64,000 nt of DNA, taken from contig JAFXFI010000004.1 of the NCBI GenBank assembly GCA_017520635.1, positions 14,857 through 78,856 on the forward strand, written 5' to 3'. Source of the DNA: Clostridia bacterium (GTDB lineage: Bacteria; Bacillota; Clostridia; Oscillospirales; Acutalibacteraceae). The notes beneath the pieces were generated by a model. The model made no database searches. It was not told the origin of the DNA and saw only the letters and a list, made by a program, of their open reading frames with translations. Within the stretch, counting starts at the first letter, position 1, and each line of letters opens with the position of its first letter. Position numbers and translations under genes: made by a program. Positions 18,124 to 28,102 of this stretch are shown here, piece after piece.

Positions 18124-20193
18124 ATGAGCAAGAAATTACTTAAAGTTATTTCTGTTATTCTTGCAATTGTTATGGTTACTTCAACCTTCACAGTTGTAAT
18201 GGCAGCAGAAGACACAACAGTGAACGCACCCGTAGCAGAAGATACAACTGTTACTGATGCAAAAGAAACAGTATCAGGTGCAATTGATGTAATTCAGAGT
18301 GTTGTTAACCTTGACACAGAAACCTTTGCATCAATCAAGACACTTCTTCTTGATTACCTCAACGGTTTCAGCAACCGTCATGCACAGCCTGAAAACCAGT
18401 GGATAGTCACTCTCAACGGCAAAGAAATGGATGTTCTTTCTTTCAGTGGCTTCACAGAGGCAATTCTCAACATCAGCACAACTCAGGAACTTAAATATGT
18501 TGCACTTTCAGTTGTTGAAAGCCTTGCACATAAAATCCTCGGTGCACTTGCAGATACTCTTTCTGATCCTTCTTATTTCCAGGATGAAAAGAACTATAAG
18601 AGTGAAAATTTCTACGCAGGTACAGAAAAGTTCCTTGACAAGCCTGCTGAAAATGCAAAATGGCAGCTCGGTTATGCAAACGCAAGCCTTGTTCCTTCAG
18701 ACTGGCAGACAAAGGATTACTATCTCGGCGGTTACATTGACATCAATAACGGTTTCTCAAATAAAGTTGAATCAATCGTTGATGATATGAAGATCAGAAT
18801 TGTTGCTATGGATGACTCTTCAGACAGAGGCGTTTCAATTTTTGCAACAATTGACTCAATCGGTGTTTCAAACCTTTATATCAGACAGATCCGTGCAGAA
18901 GTTGCAAAAATCGCTGCGGAAAAGAAAATCAAGCTGGCAAGCGTTAACGTTGCTGCAACACACACACACAGCGGTATTGATACACAGGGTCTCTGGACTA
19001 ATCTTTTCCCCAAACTTCTCGGAAACCTTGCAAAGGGCTGGACAGGTCTCGGCTCACTTGAAAAGGGCGTTGACGAAGATTATATGAAGTTTGTTGTTAA
19101 AGTATCAGCAGAGGCAATGGGTAAAGCACTTGACGACATGAAACCCGGCTCACTTACATACTCAAAGAAAGATATCGGTGACGGTTATTTCAACAATAAG
19201 AACCGTGATTCAGCAACATCAAAGGACAACACAGTAACACGTCTTATCTTTACTCCCGATGATGCCCAGGCAACACCTACAATCATTGCAAACATGGCAG
19301 GTCATCCTGACGTTGCAGGTCTTCCTACAGATGACGGTAAGGGTACAGGCCGTGAGCTTTGCGGTGAATATGTTTATTACATTGAAAAATTCCTCAACGG
19401 ATACAGAAATGAAAATGTAGCAGTAAATGAAGGTGCAAACGGCTATAACTTCTATTTCATTAACGGTGCTATTGCAGGTATCTACATGGGAAGAGGTCTT
19501 TCAGGTGACAGCGTTCCCACAGTACACCGTTACGAAGAGTCAATCCGTTATGGTACAGAAATCGGCAGAATTCTTCTTGCTCTCAACATGACAGAAGAGG
19601 AAATTCTTGCAAACGATAACATTTCAGGTAAGTCAATTATTGATGCTGAAATCGAAAAATACGGTCTTCAGAACAGCTATACAATCTGGTATGAAGGTTG
19701 GACACCTGTTGAAGAAATTGAACTTGATCCCATTCTCAACGTAAGAGTCAAGGAAATCAGAATCCCCGTAACAAATAACTTTATCAAGCTTGCAGGCCGT
19801 GCAAACCTTGTTTCATACAACATTCTCAGGACAGAAAAAGGCACATATGAGGTTGTTTCAGAAACAGGTTATGTTGAAATCGGTCAGATGATGAAGTCTG
19901 TTATGGCTCCCGGCGAAATCGTAACAGATATTATCTACGGCGGAGGCTCAATTACAGCAGAAGGCTCATTCTCATGTCAGGACTATCAGTACAAATCAGC
20001 ATGTGAAATCTTTGGAGATAAAGAGCTTACAGCGTTCGGTCTTTGTAACGATGCTCTCGGTTACATTGTTCCCGACAACGACTATTGTCTTATCAGCTAC
20101 CATGAGCTTATTTCTCTCGGCAAATATGCAGCTTCTTCAATCTCAGCTGCTTACGTTGAAATTGCAAAGGAAGTCAATGCTCCGGCAGCATAA
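18124..20193 (+). CDS. Secreted protein resembling the neutral/alkaline (non-lysosomal) ceramidase N-terminal domain
   Basis: 689 aa with a signal peptide. The segment VNVAATHTHSGIDTQG, preceded by IRIVAMDD...VSIFATIDSIG, matches my recollection of the ceramidase_alk pattern. Confidence 0.4.
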   Translation: MSKKLLKVISVILAIVMVTSTFTVVMAAEDTTVNAPVAEDTTVTDAKETVSGAIDVIQSVVNLDTETFASIKTLLLDYLNGFSNRHAQPENQWIVTLNGKEMDVLSFSGFTEAILNISTTQELKYVALSVVESLAHKILGALADTLSDPSYFQDEKNYKSENFYAGTEKFLDKPAENAKWQLGYANASLVPSDWQTKDYYLGGYIDINNGFSNKVESIVDDMKIRIVAMDDSSDRGVSIFATIDSIGVSNLYIRQIRAEVAKIAAEKKIKLASVNVAATHTHSGIDTQGLWTNLFPKLLGNLAKGWTGLGSLEKGVDEDYMKFVVKVSAEAMGKALDDMKPGSLTYSKKDIGDGYFNNKNRDSATSKDNTVTRLIFTPDDAQATPTIIANMAGHPDVAGLPTDDGKGTGRELCGEYVYYIEKFLNGYRNENVAVNEGANGYNFYFINGAIAGIYMGRGLSGDSVPTVHRYEESIRYGTEIGRILLALNMTEEEILANDNISGKSIIDAEIEKYGLQNSYTIWYEGWTPVEEIELDPILNVRVKEIRIPVTNNFIKLAGRANLVSYNILRTEKGTYEVVSETGYVEIGQMMKSVMAPGEIVTDIIYGGGSITAEGSFSCQDYQYKSACEIFGDKELTAFGLCNDALGYIVPDNDYCLISYHELISLGKYAASSISAAYVEIAKEVNAPAA

Positions 20194-20220
20194 AATAAAT
20201 TTATTTAAAACGTGGTTATT

Positions 20221-21354
20221 ATGAAAATAAGCAAAACTGCTTTCAGACTTCTCAGTCTGTTGATGACTTTCGTTCTGATAATCAGCATATCCGGTTTGTC
20301 TGCCTTCGCGGCAGATGAATCGGATTATGTTGCCGAATTCAGAATTGAAACGGACAAGTCATCGCCTCGGAAGGATGAGGATATAGAAGTAAGTGTTTTT
20401 CTGAAAACTAACTACTATATCTGTACAATGTCACTTGCCATACTCTATGACAGTGAAATGCTGTCTTTACAGAACACAAGTTCCAGTCTTTCATCATTCC
20501 TTACCTTTGAAGGTTCAATGGCGGATACTTATATAACTAACGGCAATTGGAAAAGTCCGTCAAACTTTTATTTAAAAAGAAATTCAAATCCCTCATTCTG
20601 GTCACGGGATGATATTATGAATAAGTATAAGATTGTTTATGCTACATGGTCAGCAGACACGTCTATTTCTTCCGAGCTTGTTTTAATGAGTGAAGAAGAA
20701 AAGGTTCTTTCTTTTACCGTAAAAGCAAACGAAGATATTGAAGATTTATCCGAACTCATTTTTATGAGCAATGATTTTCAAAAGACTCAGACAGCACCTC
20801 AGGGTATTTTCTTTGTAGGAAGATCAACCACAGAAGAATATTCAATAAGCTCCATGGTAACATCAGGACAGACACTTATTTACCACGGTGTTGATCCTAC
20901 GAAAAAAGAACCGGAAGCCAAGGTCAGCTTTTCTGCAAAAGAAAGTACTGCTACAATTATTGATAAAGAACTTGGTCTTATCTACGGTCTTGAAGAAGGT
21001 ATTTACGACCTTGAGGACTTTGTCGAATATGAGGGCGGCACACTTGAATACATTGAATCTGAAAACGGATTCGGTACAGGTTCGGTTGTTAATTTTATTG
21101 TTGACGGTGAAATTTACGAATCATATACAATAATAATTTTCGGAGACCTTACAGGTGACGGAGTTATTGACACTTACGATACGGTGATGATGGCATCAAT
21201 TGTCAATTACGATATAGAATTTGAAGAAAAATCACCTGTTTCAATTGCAGGAGATATTTCCAACAATGATGATATTACCGATACCTATGACCTGGTTTAC
21301 CTTTACCGTGTCGTAAACGGTGACAGCGAACTTCCTCAGACGATGGAAATTTAA
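20221..21354 (+). CDS. Secreted cohesin-like domain, X module and C-terminal dockerin (adaptor-scaffoldin-like)
   Basis: It has a signal peptide. The cohesin-like segment is DIEVSVFLKTNYYICTMSLAILYDSEML. The two dockerin Ca-binding repeats are GDLTGDGVIDTYD and GDISNNDDITDTYD. The track ORF starts at GTG 20212. Confidence 0.65.
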   Translation: MKISKTAFRLLSLLMTFVLIISISGLSAFAADESDYVAEFRIETDKSSPRKDEDIEVSVFLKTNYYICTMSLAILYDSEMLSLQNTSSSLSSFLTFEGSMADTYITNGNWKSPSNFYLKRNSNPSFWSRDDIMNKYKIVYATWSADTSISSELVLMSEEEKVLSFTVKANEDIEDLSELIFMSNDFQKTQTAPQGIFFVGRSTTEEYSISSMVTSGQTLIYHGVDPTKKEPEAKVSFSAKESTATIIDKELGLIYGLEEGIYDLEDFVEYEGGTLEYIESENGFGTGSVVNFIVDGEIYESYTIIIFGDLTGDGVIDTYDTVMMASIVNYDIEFEEKSPVSIAGDISNNDDITDTYDLVYLYRVVNGDSELPQTMEI

Positions 21355-21382
21355 AAAATACAACAAAAAGGAGTGATTTTCA

Positions 21383-22378
21383 GTGAAGAAAACTTTTTGT
21401 AAAGTAATTTCAGTTCTTATGCTGATTACAATGCTTTTTGCAACAGGCATTGCAGGAATAACTTCATTTGCAGCTTCTGAAGCAGATTACGTTGCAACTT
21501 TCAGCATCAAAACAGATAAAACTTCTCTTGCAAAGGGAGAAGATGTGGTTGTAAGCGTAAATCTTAAAACAAATTATTATATCTACTCAATGGAACTTCC
21601 CGTAATTTATGACGGTGATGCTTTCGAAGTACAGAATACAAGTCCCACAAGTCTCAAGTCTTTCCTTACCTTCAAAGGCAAGCTTGCTTCTGCTTATGTG
21701 ACTAACGGTAACTGGAAAAGCCCTGCTAATTTCTATACAAACCGTAATTCAAACACAGAATACTGGTCACAGAAAAAGGTTATGGACAGATATAAAATTG
21801 CCTTTGCTTCATGGTCAGCAAATACTCAGCTTAATGACGGTAAAGCTGTAAAACTGTCAAGTGAAGAAACAATTGTTTCTTTTGTTCTTAAAGCAAAAAA
21901 AGATATCAAGGATATTTCAGGTCTTATTTTCCTCAGTAATGATTTCAAGAAAACACCTGATTTTTCCGGTGGCAGATGGTTCTGCGGAAGAAGTACGAAA
22001 GAAAAGATTGATGTTAACAATTATGTCGCAGTCGGTCAGACTCTGAAATATACAGGTTCTGTTCCTGAAAAAGAAGAAATTAAGGAAGAAGAGAACGACA
22101 GCATTGTTGCAATCAATTATAAAGGCACAGCAAGTCTTAAAGACAACCTTAATTCAACAATCCTCAAGGACTACAAGCTTACATGGTCTTCGGCAGACTC
22201 TTCAATTGTAACTGTTGATGAGGACGGTAACATTTATGGTGCAAAAGCCGGTACAACTACAGTTACTGCTGCATCAAAAGACGGTAAGTTTGAAAAGGAT
22301 TTTGAAGTAACAGTTAACTATTCATTCTTCCAGTGGATTATAATTATTGTTCTTTTTGGTTGGATTTGGTACATTTAA
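21383..22378 (+). CDS. Cohesin-like domain, Big_2 (bacterial Ig-like) domain and C-terminal transmembrane anchor
   Basis: The N-terminal roughly 180 aa is clearly paralogous to the preceding gene (shared NGNWKSP.NFY, RNSN and YKI..A.WSA motifs). LTWSSADSSIVTVDEDGNIYGAKAGTTTVTA is Big_2-like. The C-terminus FFQWIIIIVLFGWIWYI is hydrophobic. The start is GTG, 9 nt after AGGAG. Confidence 0.6.
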   Translation: MKKTFCKVISVLMLITMLFATGIAGITSFAASEADYVATFSIKTDKTSLAKGEDVVVSVNLKTNYYIYSMELPVIYDGDAFEVQNTSPTSLKSFLTFKGKLASAYVTNGNWKSPANFYTNRNSNTEYWSQKKVMDRYKIAFASWSANTQLNDGKAVKLSSEETIVSFVLKAKKDIKDISGLIFLSNDFKKTPDFSGGRWFCGRSTKEKIDVNNYVAVGQTLKYTGSVPEKEEIKEEENDSIVAINYKGTASLKDNLNSTILKDYKLTWSSADSSIVTVDEDGNIYGAKAGTTTVTAASKDGKFEKDFEVTVNYSFFQWIIIIVLFGWIWYI

Positions 22379-22392
22379 ATTTAACTGAACAC

Positions 22393-22428
22393 AATCAGGT
22401 ATTTCTTCGGAATTACCTGATTTTTTTA
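22393..22428 (+). terminator. Intrinsic terminator
   Basis: The stem aatcaggta/tacctgatt is followed by a run of seven T. Confidence 0.7.
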
Positions 22429-22475
22429 TTCCCATATTTTAAAGATTGTTAAAAGTTTAATTAATGGAAAAACCA

Positions 22476-22504
22476 TTGAAATTCAATTAAAAATATTGTA
22501 GAAT
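22476..22504 (+). promoter_or_regulatory. Candidate sigma-A promoter of the apbE-rnf operon
   Basis: TTGAAA, a 17 nt spacer, then TAGAAT. Confidence 0.45.
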
Positions 22505-22534
22505 AATAGTAATTATGGGGAGGTGCGGTAAATT

Positions 22535-23551
22535 TTGAAGGATAAGAAAAAAATGACTGTCATAATTGCCGTATCAGCCGCTTTCCTTATTGTAGCAGCA
22601 GTGATTTTTGATGTTATTTCAAGTAAAACAGAAATCGAAAAAACAGATTTTGCAATGGGTGCGGTGATTTCTCAGAAAATTACAGGCAGAAACGCAGAAG
22701 AAACTGCAGATGAAATTATTTCTTCAATTAAAGAAAGAGAAAATGCAATTTCATGGCGAATTGAAAATTCAGAAATTGCTCTTCTCAATAAAAATAAAAA
22801 AGCAGAGGTTTCAGATGAAACACTTTCTGTACTGACTGAGCTTCTTGATGTATGTCAAAAAAGCAGGGGTGCAGTTGACCTGACAATCGGAAATCTTACA
22901 GGTCTTTGGAATATCGGTTCTGAGAATTTTGTTGTTCCCGAAAAAGACGAAATTTCAGAAACGCTTGATGCCGTTTCCTGGGAAGAAGTTGAAATAAAAG
23001 GTAACATTGTCACTCTCGGTGAAAATCAGAAAATTGACTTAGGCTTTGCGGGAAAAGGACTTGCATGTGACGATGCAAAAAAAATTCTTGATGCAAGTGA
23101 CATTTCCGAAGCAATAATCAATGTTGGCGGTAGCCTCTGTCTTTACGGAAAAAATGATTTTACTGTAGGTGTGAGAAATCCGTTAGGTGATGTAAACGAT
23201 TACATGGTAGTTATCACAATTAGTGAGGGATTTGTTTCTACATCAGGAAATTACGAGCGAGTTTCGGAATTCGGCGGTGAAAAGTATCACCACATTCTTT
23301 CAACAGAGACGGGATATCCTGTTGAAAATGATTTGCTTTCAGTAACTGTTGTATGTAATTCAGGTCTTCTCAGTGATGCTCTTTCAACTGCATGTTATTG
23401 TCTCGGTTATGAAAAAAGTCTTGAACTTCTCGAAGAATATGATGCTGAAGCTGTATTTATCTTTGATTCAAAAACAGTAAAGGTCACGGAGGGTTTAAAA
23501 GACAGAACAGAAATAAAAAATGATGAGTTTGAATTATGGAAAGAAAACTGA
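22535..23551 (+). CDS. apbE: FAD:protein FMN transferase (ApbE family)
   Basis: 338 aa with an N-terminal membrane anchor. DLGFAGKGLACD, VSTSGNYER and KYHHIL segments are typical of ApbE. The start is TTG, 9 nt after GGAGGTG. Confidence 0.8.
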   Translation: MKDKKKMTVIIAVSAAFLIVAAVIFDVISSKTEIEKTDFAMGAVISQKITGRNAEETADEIISSIKERENAISWRIENSEIALLNKNKKAEVSDETLSVLTELLDVCQKSRGAVDLTIGNLTGLWNIGSENFVVPEKDEISETLDAVSWEEVEIKGNIVTLGENQKIDLGFAGKGLACDDAKKILDASDISEAIINVGGSLCLYGKNDFTVGVRNPLGDVNDYMVVITISEGFVSTSGNYERVSEFGGEKYHHILSTETGYPVENDLLSVTVVCNSGLLSDALSTACYCLGYEKSLELLEEYDAEAVFIFDSKTVKVTEGLKDRTEIKNDEFELWKEN

Positions 23552-23916
23552 TTACAAAAAATGACATTCTGTTGATTGTTGTTATAATCCTTATAATCGG
23601 TGCAGGTTTTCTCTTAAAAAGCTTTTCTTCTTCTCAGCTTGTAGCGGAAGTTTATTATGACGGAAAAATTGTGGAAACTGTGAATCTTACCGAAAAGGAA
23701 GAAAAGAAAATTATTACGGGTGAAAATGATTCCGTTGTGGTTGTGGCAGAAGACGGAAAAATTTACTTTGAAAAATCTGACTGTCCCGACAAGGTTTGCA
23801 TTAAAAGTGGTGAACTCCATCAGAATGGTGACTTTGCTTCCTGTCTTCCTGAAAAAGTTGTTATAAAAGTTTCGGGTGCGAAAAAAGGCAATGAACCCGA
23901 TGCTATAGTTTATTAG
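23536..23916 (+). CDS. NusG domain II-containing membrane-anchored protein
   Basis: 126 aa with an N-terminal TM segment. CPDKVCIKSGEL...ASCLPEKVVIKV matches the NusG_II family signature as I recall it. It overlaps the apbE 3' end by 16 nt. Confidence 0.65.
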   Translation: MERKLITKNDILLIVVIILIIGAGFLLKSFSSSQLVAEVYYDGKIVETVNLTEKEEKKIITGENDSVVVVAEDGKIYFEKSDCPDKVCIKSGELHQNGDFASCLPEKVVIKVSGAKKGNEPDAIVY

Positions 23917-23923
23917 GTGATAT

Positions 23924-24442
23924 ATGAAAACAAAAACACAGAAAATTGCACTTTCGGGGATTTTAGGTGCACAGGCACTTGCACTTTCTTTTATTGAAAA
24001 TCTTCTGCCTGCAATGCCTTTTCTTCCTCCGGGAGTCAAGCTCGGTTTATCAAATATTGTAACTATGTTCACAGCAGGTACAATGGGTTTTTTTCCTGCA
24101 CTTGCAGTGACTCTTATAAAATCACTTTTTGTTCTTCTCACAAGAGGTGTTACCGCATTTTTCATGAGCTTTGGCGGGGGTTTTTTGAGCACAGTTGCAA
24201 TGTGTCTGATGATAAAATTAGTAAAAGATAAATCGGGCTTTGTGGGCGTGGCAGTAGTTTCTGCAATTTGTCATAACATAGGACAACTTGCAGTATCAAT
24301 AATTGTAACAAAAACAACAGCATTTGTTTATTATGCACCCGTACTTCTTCTCAGCGGAGTTGTAATGGGGATAATTACAGGCATAATCCTGAAAGCAGTT
24401 ATGCCACTCCTGATGAAACAATCAAAGTTTTTTATTAAATAA
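23924..24442 (+). CDS. Gx transporter family protein (formerly annotated heptaprenyl diphosphate synthase component I)
   Basis: A 172 aa polytopic membrane protein. The N-terminus is ALSGILGAQALALSFIENLLP...PGVKLGLSNIVTM. Confidence 0.6.
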   Translation: MKTKTQKIALSGILGAQALALSFIENLLPAMPFLPPGVKLGLSNIVTMFTAGTMGFFPALAVTLIKSLFVLLTRGVTAFFMSFGGGFLSTVAMCLMIKLVKDKSGFVGVAVVSAICHNIGQLAVSIIVTKTTAFVYYAPVLLLSGVVMGIITGIILKAVMPLLMKQSKFFIK

Positions 24443-24478
24443 TTATATATTGTATTTTTATAGAAAGGATGAGGTCTA

Positions 24479-25825
24479 ATGAGTTTTAAAAGACCTGAGG
24501 GTGTTCTCAAGGCAGTAAAACAGGTAAGAGGCGGCGTTCACGTTTCTCACCACAAAAATACTGCTGAGATGGAAGTAGTCAGAATGGCTCCCCCTTCAAA
24601 AATTGTGTTGCCAATGCAGCAGCACATCGGTGCACCTTGTGAACCGACAGTAAAAGTCGGTGACATTGTGTCTGTAGGACAGGTAGTAGGTGACACAGAT
24701 AAATTTGTTTCTGCACCTATTCACTCCTCAATTTCAGGTAAGGTTGTTGCAGTAGGGGATGTAAGCCTTCCCAGTGGTGTTGTAACAAAAGGTGTTACAA
24801 TTGAATCTGACGGAGAAATGCGTCAGTACGAGGGCATTACTCCTCCCGTTATTGAAACACGTGAAGATTTTATCAAGGCAGTCAGAGCATCCGGTCTTGT
24901 AGGTCTCGGTGGCGCAGGTTTCCCAACACATGTAAAGCTTGCTTTCCCCAAGGAGAAAAACATCGACACTCTTGTTATCAATGCTGCTGAATGTGAACCT
25001 TATATTACTGTTGACTATCGTGAATGTCTTGAAAATTCAAAGAACATCATCGGCGGTATTCAGCTTCTTCAGAAATGGCTTGAAATTCCCAACGTAATTA
25101 TTGCTATTGAAGACAATAAGCCTCAGGCTTTCAAGGCACTTCAGGAGATTGCAGGTGAGTTTAAAGTTAAAGATAACGTAAAACTTATGACTCTTAAATC
25201 AGTTTATCCTCAGGGTGCTGAAAAGATGATGGTTCAGTCAGCAACAGGCAGACGTGTTCCTCCGGGAAAGCTTCCTGCTGACGTAGGTTGTATTGTTATG
25301 AACGTTGCCAGTGCTGCATTTATCGGAAGATACATGAGAACAGGCAGACCTCTTGTCAGTCGTTCAATGACTGTTGATGGTTCAGCAATTGCAGAACCCA
25401 AGAACGTACGCGTTCCTATCGGTACAAGCATTGCGGAAATTATTGATTTCTGCGGCGGTTTCAAAGCAGAACCCGGAAAAATTCTTTCAGGCGGTCCTAT
25501 GATGGGTATGGCAGTTTTCTCAACAGATGTTCCCATGATAAAAAGCAACAACGCTATTCTTGCTTTTGCTGAGGGTGACGCTGAACTTAAAAAAGAACGT
25601 GATTGTATCCGTTGCGGCAGATGTGCACAGGCTTGTCCGATGAGCCTTATGCCAACTCTCATTGAGAGATACGCAAAAATCGGTGATGTAGACAGTCTTA
25701 ACAAAGTCGGAATTAACGTATGCATGGAATGCGGAAGCTGTGCTTATTCATGCCCTGCAGGCAAACCTCTTGTTCAGTACATGCGTCTTGCAAAATCAGT
25801 AGTAAGGGAGGCAGCAAAGAAATGA
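24479..25825 (+). CDS. rnfC: Rnf electron transport complex subunit C
   Basis: 448 aa. It has GLVGLGGAGFPTHVKL and two CxxCxxCxxxCP motifs (CIRCGRCAQACP, CMECGSCAYSCP). Confidence 0.92.
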   Translation: MSFKRPEGVLKAVKQVRGGVHVSHHKNTAEMEVVRMAPPSKIVLPMQQHIGAPCEPTVKVGDIVSVGQVVGDTDKFVSAPIHSSISGKVVAVGDVSLPSGVVTKGVTIESDGEMRQYEGITPPVIETREDFIKAVRASGLVGLGGAGFPTHVKLAFPKEKNIDTLVINAAECEPYITVDYRECLENSKNIIGGIQLLQKWLEIPNVIIAIEDNKPQAFKALQEIAGEFKVKDNVKLMTLKSVYPQGAEKMMVQSATGRRVPPGKLPADVGCIVMNVASAAFIGRYMRTGRPLVSRSMTVDGSAIAEPKNVRVPIGTSIAEIIDFCGGFKAEPGKILSGGPMMGMAVFSTDVPMIKSNNAILAFAEGDAELKKERDCIRCGRCAQACPMSLMPTLIERYAKIGDVDSLNKVGINVCMECGSCAYSCPAGKPLVQYMRLAKSVVREAAKK

Positions 25826-26829
25826 GTCTTGACAAAAAACTTCTGGTCAGTGCATCACCGCATGACCACTCAAAAGATACGGTCACAAGAATTATGCTTG
25901 ATGTTGTAATTGCTCTTGTTCCGTCACTTATTGCCGCTACTTTCCTTTTTGGTTACAGAACTCTTATTGTATCGGCTGTTTCAGTAGGCGCATGTGTTCT
26001 TGTTGAATACATTTCACGTATTGTGATGAAAAGACATCAGACAGTAGGCGACCTCAGCGCAATTGTAACAGGTCTCCTTATTGCATTCAACGTTCCTGTT
26101 TCAATGCCTTTATGGATGGTTGTACTCGGTGACATTCTTGCAATTGTAGTTGTTAAGCAGATGTTCGGCGGTATCGGTATGAACTTTGTAAACCCTGCAC
26201 TTGCAGCAAGAATTATGCTTATCGCATCCTTCCCTACAGAAATGGGTAAATGGAATGCTCCTTTCTCGTGGAAAACAGAAACAATCACAACAGCTTCTCC
26301 TCTTAATGCAATCAAAGAGATTTACAGAAGCGGTGAAATTACATCAGAGTCTTTTGACGGACTTCCGTCACTTCTTGATATGTTCCTTGGTAAACGCGCA
26401 GGTTCTCTCGGTGAAGTTTGCGCAATTGCTCTTGTAATAGGACTCATCTATCTTCTTGTAAGAAGAGTTATCAAACTTACAATACCTCTTGCTTATGTAG
26501 GTTCATTTGCAGTAATTATGTTTATTGCAGGCGGTTTTAACCTTACTTTCCTTGCTTATGAAATTCTTGCAGGCGGTCTTCTTCTCGGTGCAATTTTTAT
26601 GGCAACTGACTACACAACTTCACCTATCAACTTCAAAGGACAGATAATTTTCGGTATCGGTTGTGGTGTGCTTACAGCACTTATCAGACTTTTCGGTAAT
26701 CTTCCCGAAGGTGTTTCATTTGCAATTATTATCATGAACATACTTGTTCCTCATATTGAAAATCTTACAACTCCTAAGCCTTTCGGTACAGTGAAGGAAA
26801 AGAAGAAAAAGGAGGCTGAAGCAAAATGA
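25822..26829 (+). CDS. rnfD: Rnf complex subunit D
   Basis: ATG at 25822 forms an ATGA overlap with the rnfC stop. It is a polytopic membrane protein with VSASPH near the N-terminus and a FMATDYTTSP flavinylation-region motif. Confidence 0.9.
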   Translation: MSLDKKLLVSASPHDHSKDTVTRIMLDVVIALVPSLIAATFLFGYRTLIVSAVSVGACVLVEYISRIVMKRHQTVGDLSAIVTGLLIAFNVPVSMPLWMVVLGDILAIVVVKQMFGGIGMNFVNPALAARIMLIASFPTEMGKWNAPFSWKTETITTASPLNAIKEIYRSGEITSESFDGLPSLLDMFLGKRAGSLGEVCAIALVIGLIYLLVRRVIKLTIPLAYVGSFAVIMFIAGGFNLTFLAYEILAGGLLLGAIFMATDYTTSPINFKGQIIFGIGCGVLTALIRLFGNLPEGVSFAIIIMNILVPHIENLTTPKPFGTVKEKKKKEAEAK

Positions 26830-27389
26830 AAAAATTCAGTTTCAAAGAAATCGCAGTTCCTGCAATAACTCTTTTCCTTATCGCAGCAATATGTACTGCA
26901 ATCCTTGCAGTAACAGATTCGGTGACAGCTCCGAAAATTGCTGAGAATAATGCTCAGACGGAAATTGCCGCAAGACAGCTTGTTTTTAAAGATGCAAAAG
27001 CTTTCTCAGATGTGAAAACAGTTGAAGAAGCATCTTATGTTGAAGCCCTTGACGAAACAGGAACCGTAATCGGTTATGTTTTCACAACTTCATCAAAGGG
27101 CTATGGCGGTGAAATCAAAATTATGACCGGTATCGGTGCTGACGGTAAAGTTACGGGAATGGAAATTCTCGCGATTGAAGAAACAGCCGGTCTTGGTATG
27201 AACGCGAAAAAAGATGATTTCAAAAATCAGTATGTTTCAAATACAGGTGATTTTACAGTTGTAAAATCAGATGCAGGAGAAAATGAAATTCAGGCACTTA
27301 CAGGTGCTACGATTACTTCTCAGGCAGTAACAGATGCCGTAAACAATGCGGTTGAAATTTTCAGAACAGTAGAAGGAGGGGATAAATAA
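26826..27389 (+). CDS. rnfG: Rnf complex subunit G (FMN-binding)
   Basis: 187 aa with an N-terminal anchor. It carries the FMN-binding TGATITSQAV motif. Confidence 0.9.
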   Translation: MKKFSFKEIAVPAITLFLIAAICTAILAVTDSVTAPKIAENNAQTEIAARQLVFKDAKAFSDVKTVEEASYVEALDETGTVIGYVFTTSSKGYGGEIKIMTGIGADGKVTGMEILAIEETAGLGMNAKKDDFKNQYVSNTGDFTVVKSDAGENEIQALTGATITSQAVTDAVNNAVEIFRTVEGGDK

Positions 27390-28102
27390 TGGCAGAGAAA
27401 AAATCTCTCATGAAAGAACTGACCAAAGGTTTTCTTGATGAAAACCCCGTTCTCAGGTTAGTTCTCGGTACTTGTCCCACTCTTGCGGTTTCAACATCAG
27501 TTGAAAGTGCAATCGGTATGGGTCTTGCGGCTTCAATTGTTCTTATTTGTTCAAACGTTGTAATTTCCGCATTGAGAAAGGTTATACCTTCAAAGGTAAG
27601 AATTCCTGCTTACATTGTGGTTATTGCTTCATTTGTTACAATTGTTCAGATGCTTGTAAAAGCATTTGCACCATCTCTTGACGAACAGCTTGGTGTTTAT
27701 CTTCCTCTTATAGTTGTTAACTGTATCATTCTGGGCAGAGCTGAAGCTTTTGCAGGTAAAAACAGTGTATTGGCTTCAGCAGTTGACGGTGTAGGAATGG
27801 GTGTAGGATTTACAATTGCGTTGTTCCTTATGGGATTTATCAGAGAGTTCTTTGGCACAGGTACAATTACAATAAGCCTTATCAACGGTGGTCAGCCCTT
27901 GTGGAATTCAGTATTTGGTGAAAATCCCATTCTTATCTTTATTCTTGCTCCCGGCGGTTTCTTTGTTTTCGGTATGCTCATTATGCTCGCAAACAAAATT
28001 GCTGAGAAAAAGGGCAAGGAAAAAGCACAACTTCATTCATGCAAAGCATGTCCTATGTTTGCAACATGTACTGCTCAGGAAAAGGAGGAGTGTGACAGAT
28101 GA
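27389..28102 (+). CDS. rnfE: Rnf complex subunit E
   Basis: 237 aa membrane protein. NPVLRLVLGTCPTLAVS is typical of RnfE/RnfA. Confidence 0.88.
   Translation: MAEKKSLMKELTKGFLDENPVLRLVLGTCPTLAVSTSVESAIGMGLAASIVLICSNVVISALRKVIPSKVRIPAYIVVIASFVTIVQMLVKAFAPSLDEQLGVYLPLIVVNCIILGRAEAFAGKNSVLASAVDGVGMGVGFTIALFLMGFIREFFGTGTITISLINGGQPLWNSVFGENPILIFILAPGGFFVFGMLIMLANKIAEKKGKEKAQLHSCKACPMFATCTAQEKEECDR

Noticed and set aside
23614-24192. 192 aa antisense ORF across the NusG-II and Gx transporter genes. Similar embedded ORFs occur at 25234-25725, 28773-29428, 34359-34958, 37173-37598 and 61206-61709.
   Set aside because: Each one overlaps a well-supported sense gene for its whole length, and none has an RBS or a recognisable domain. 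I treated them as shadow ORFs.
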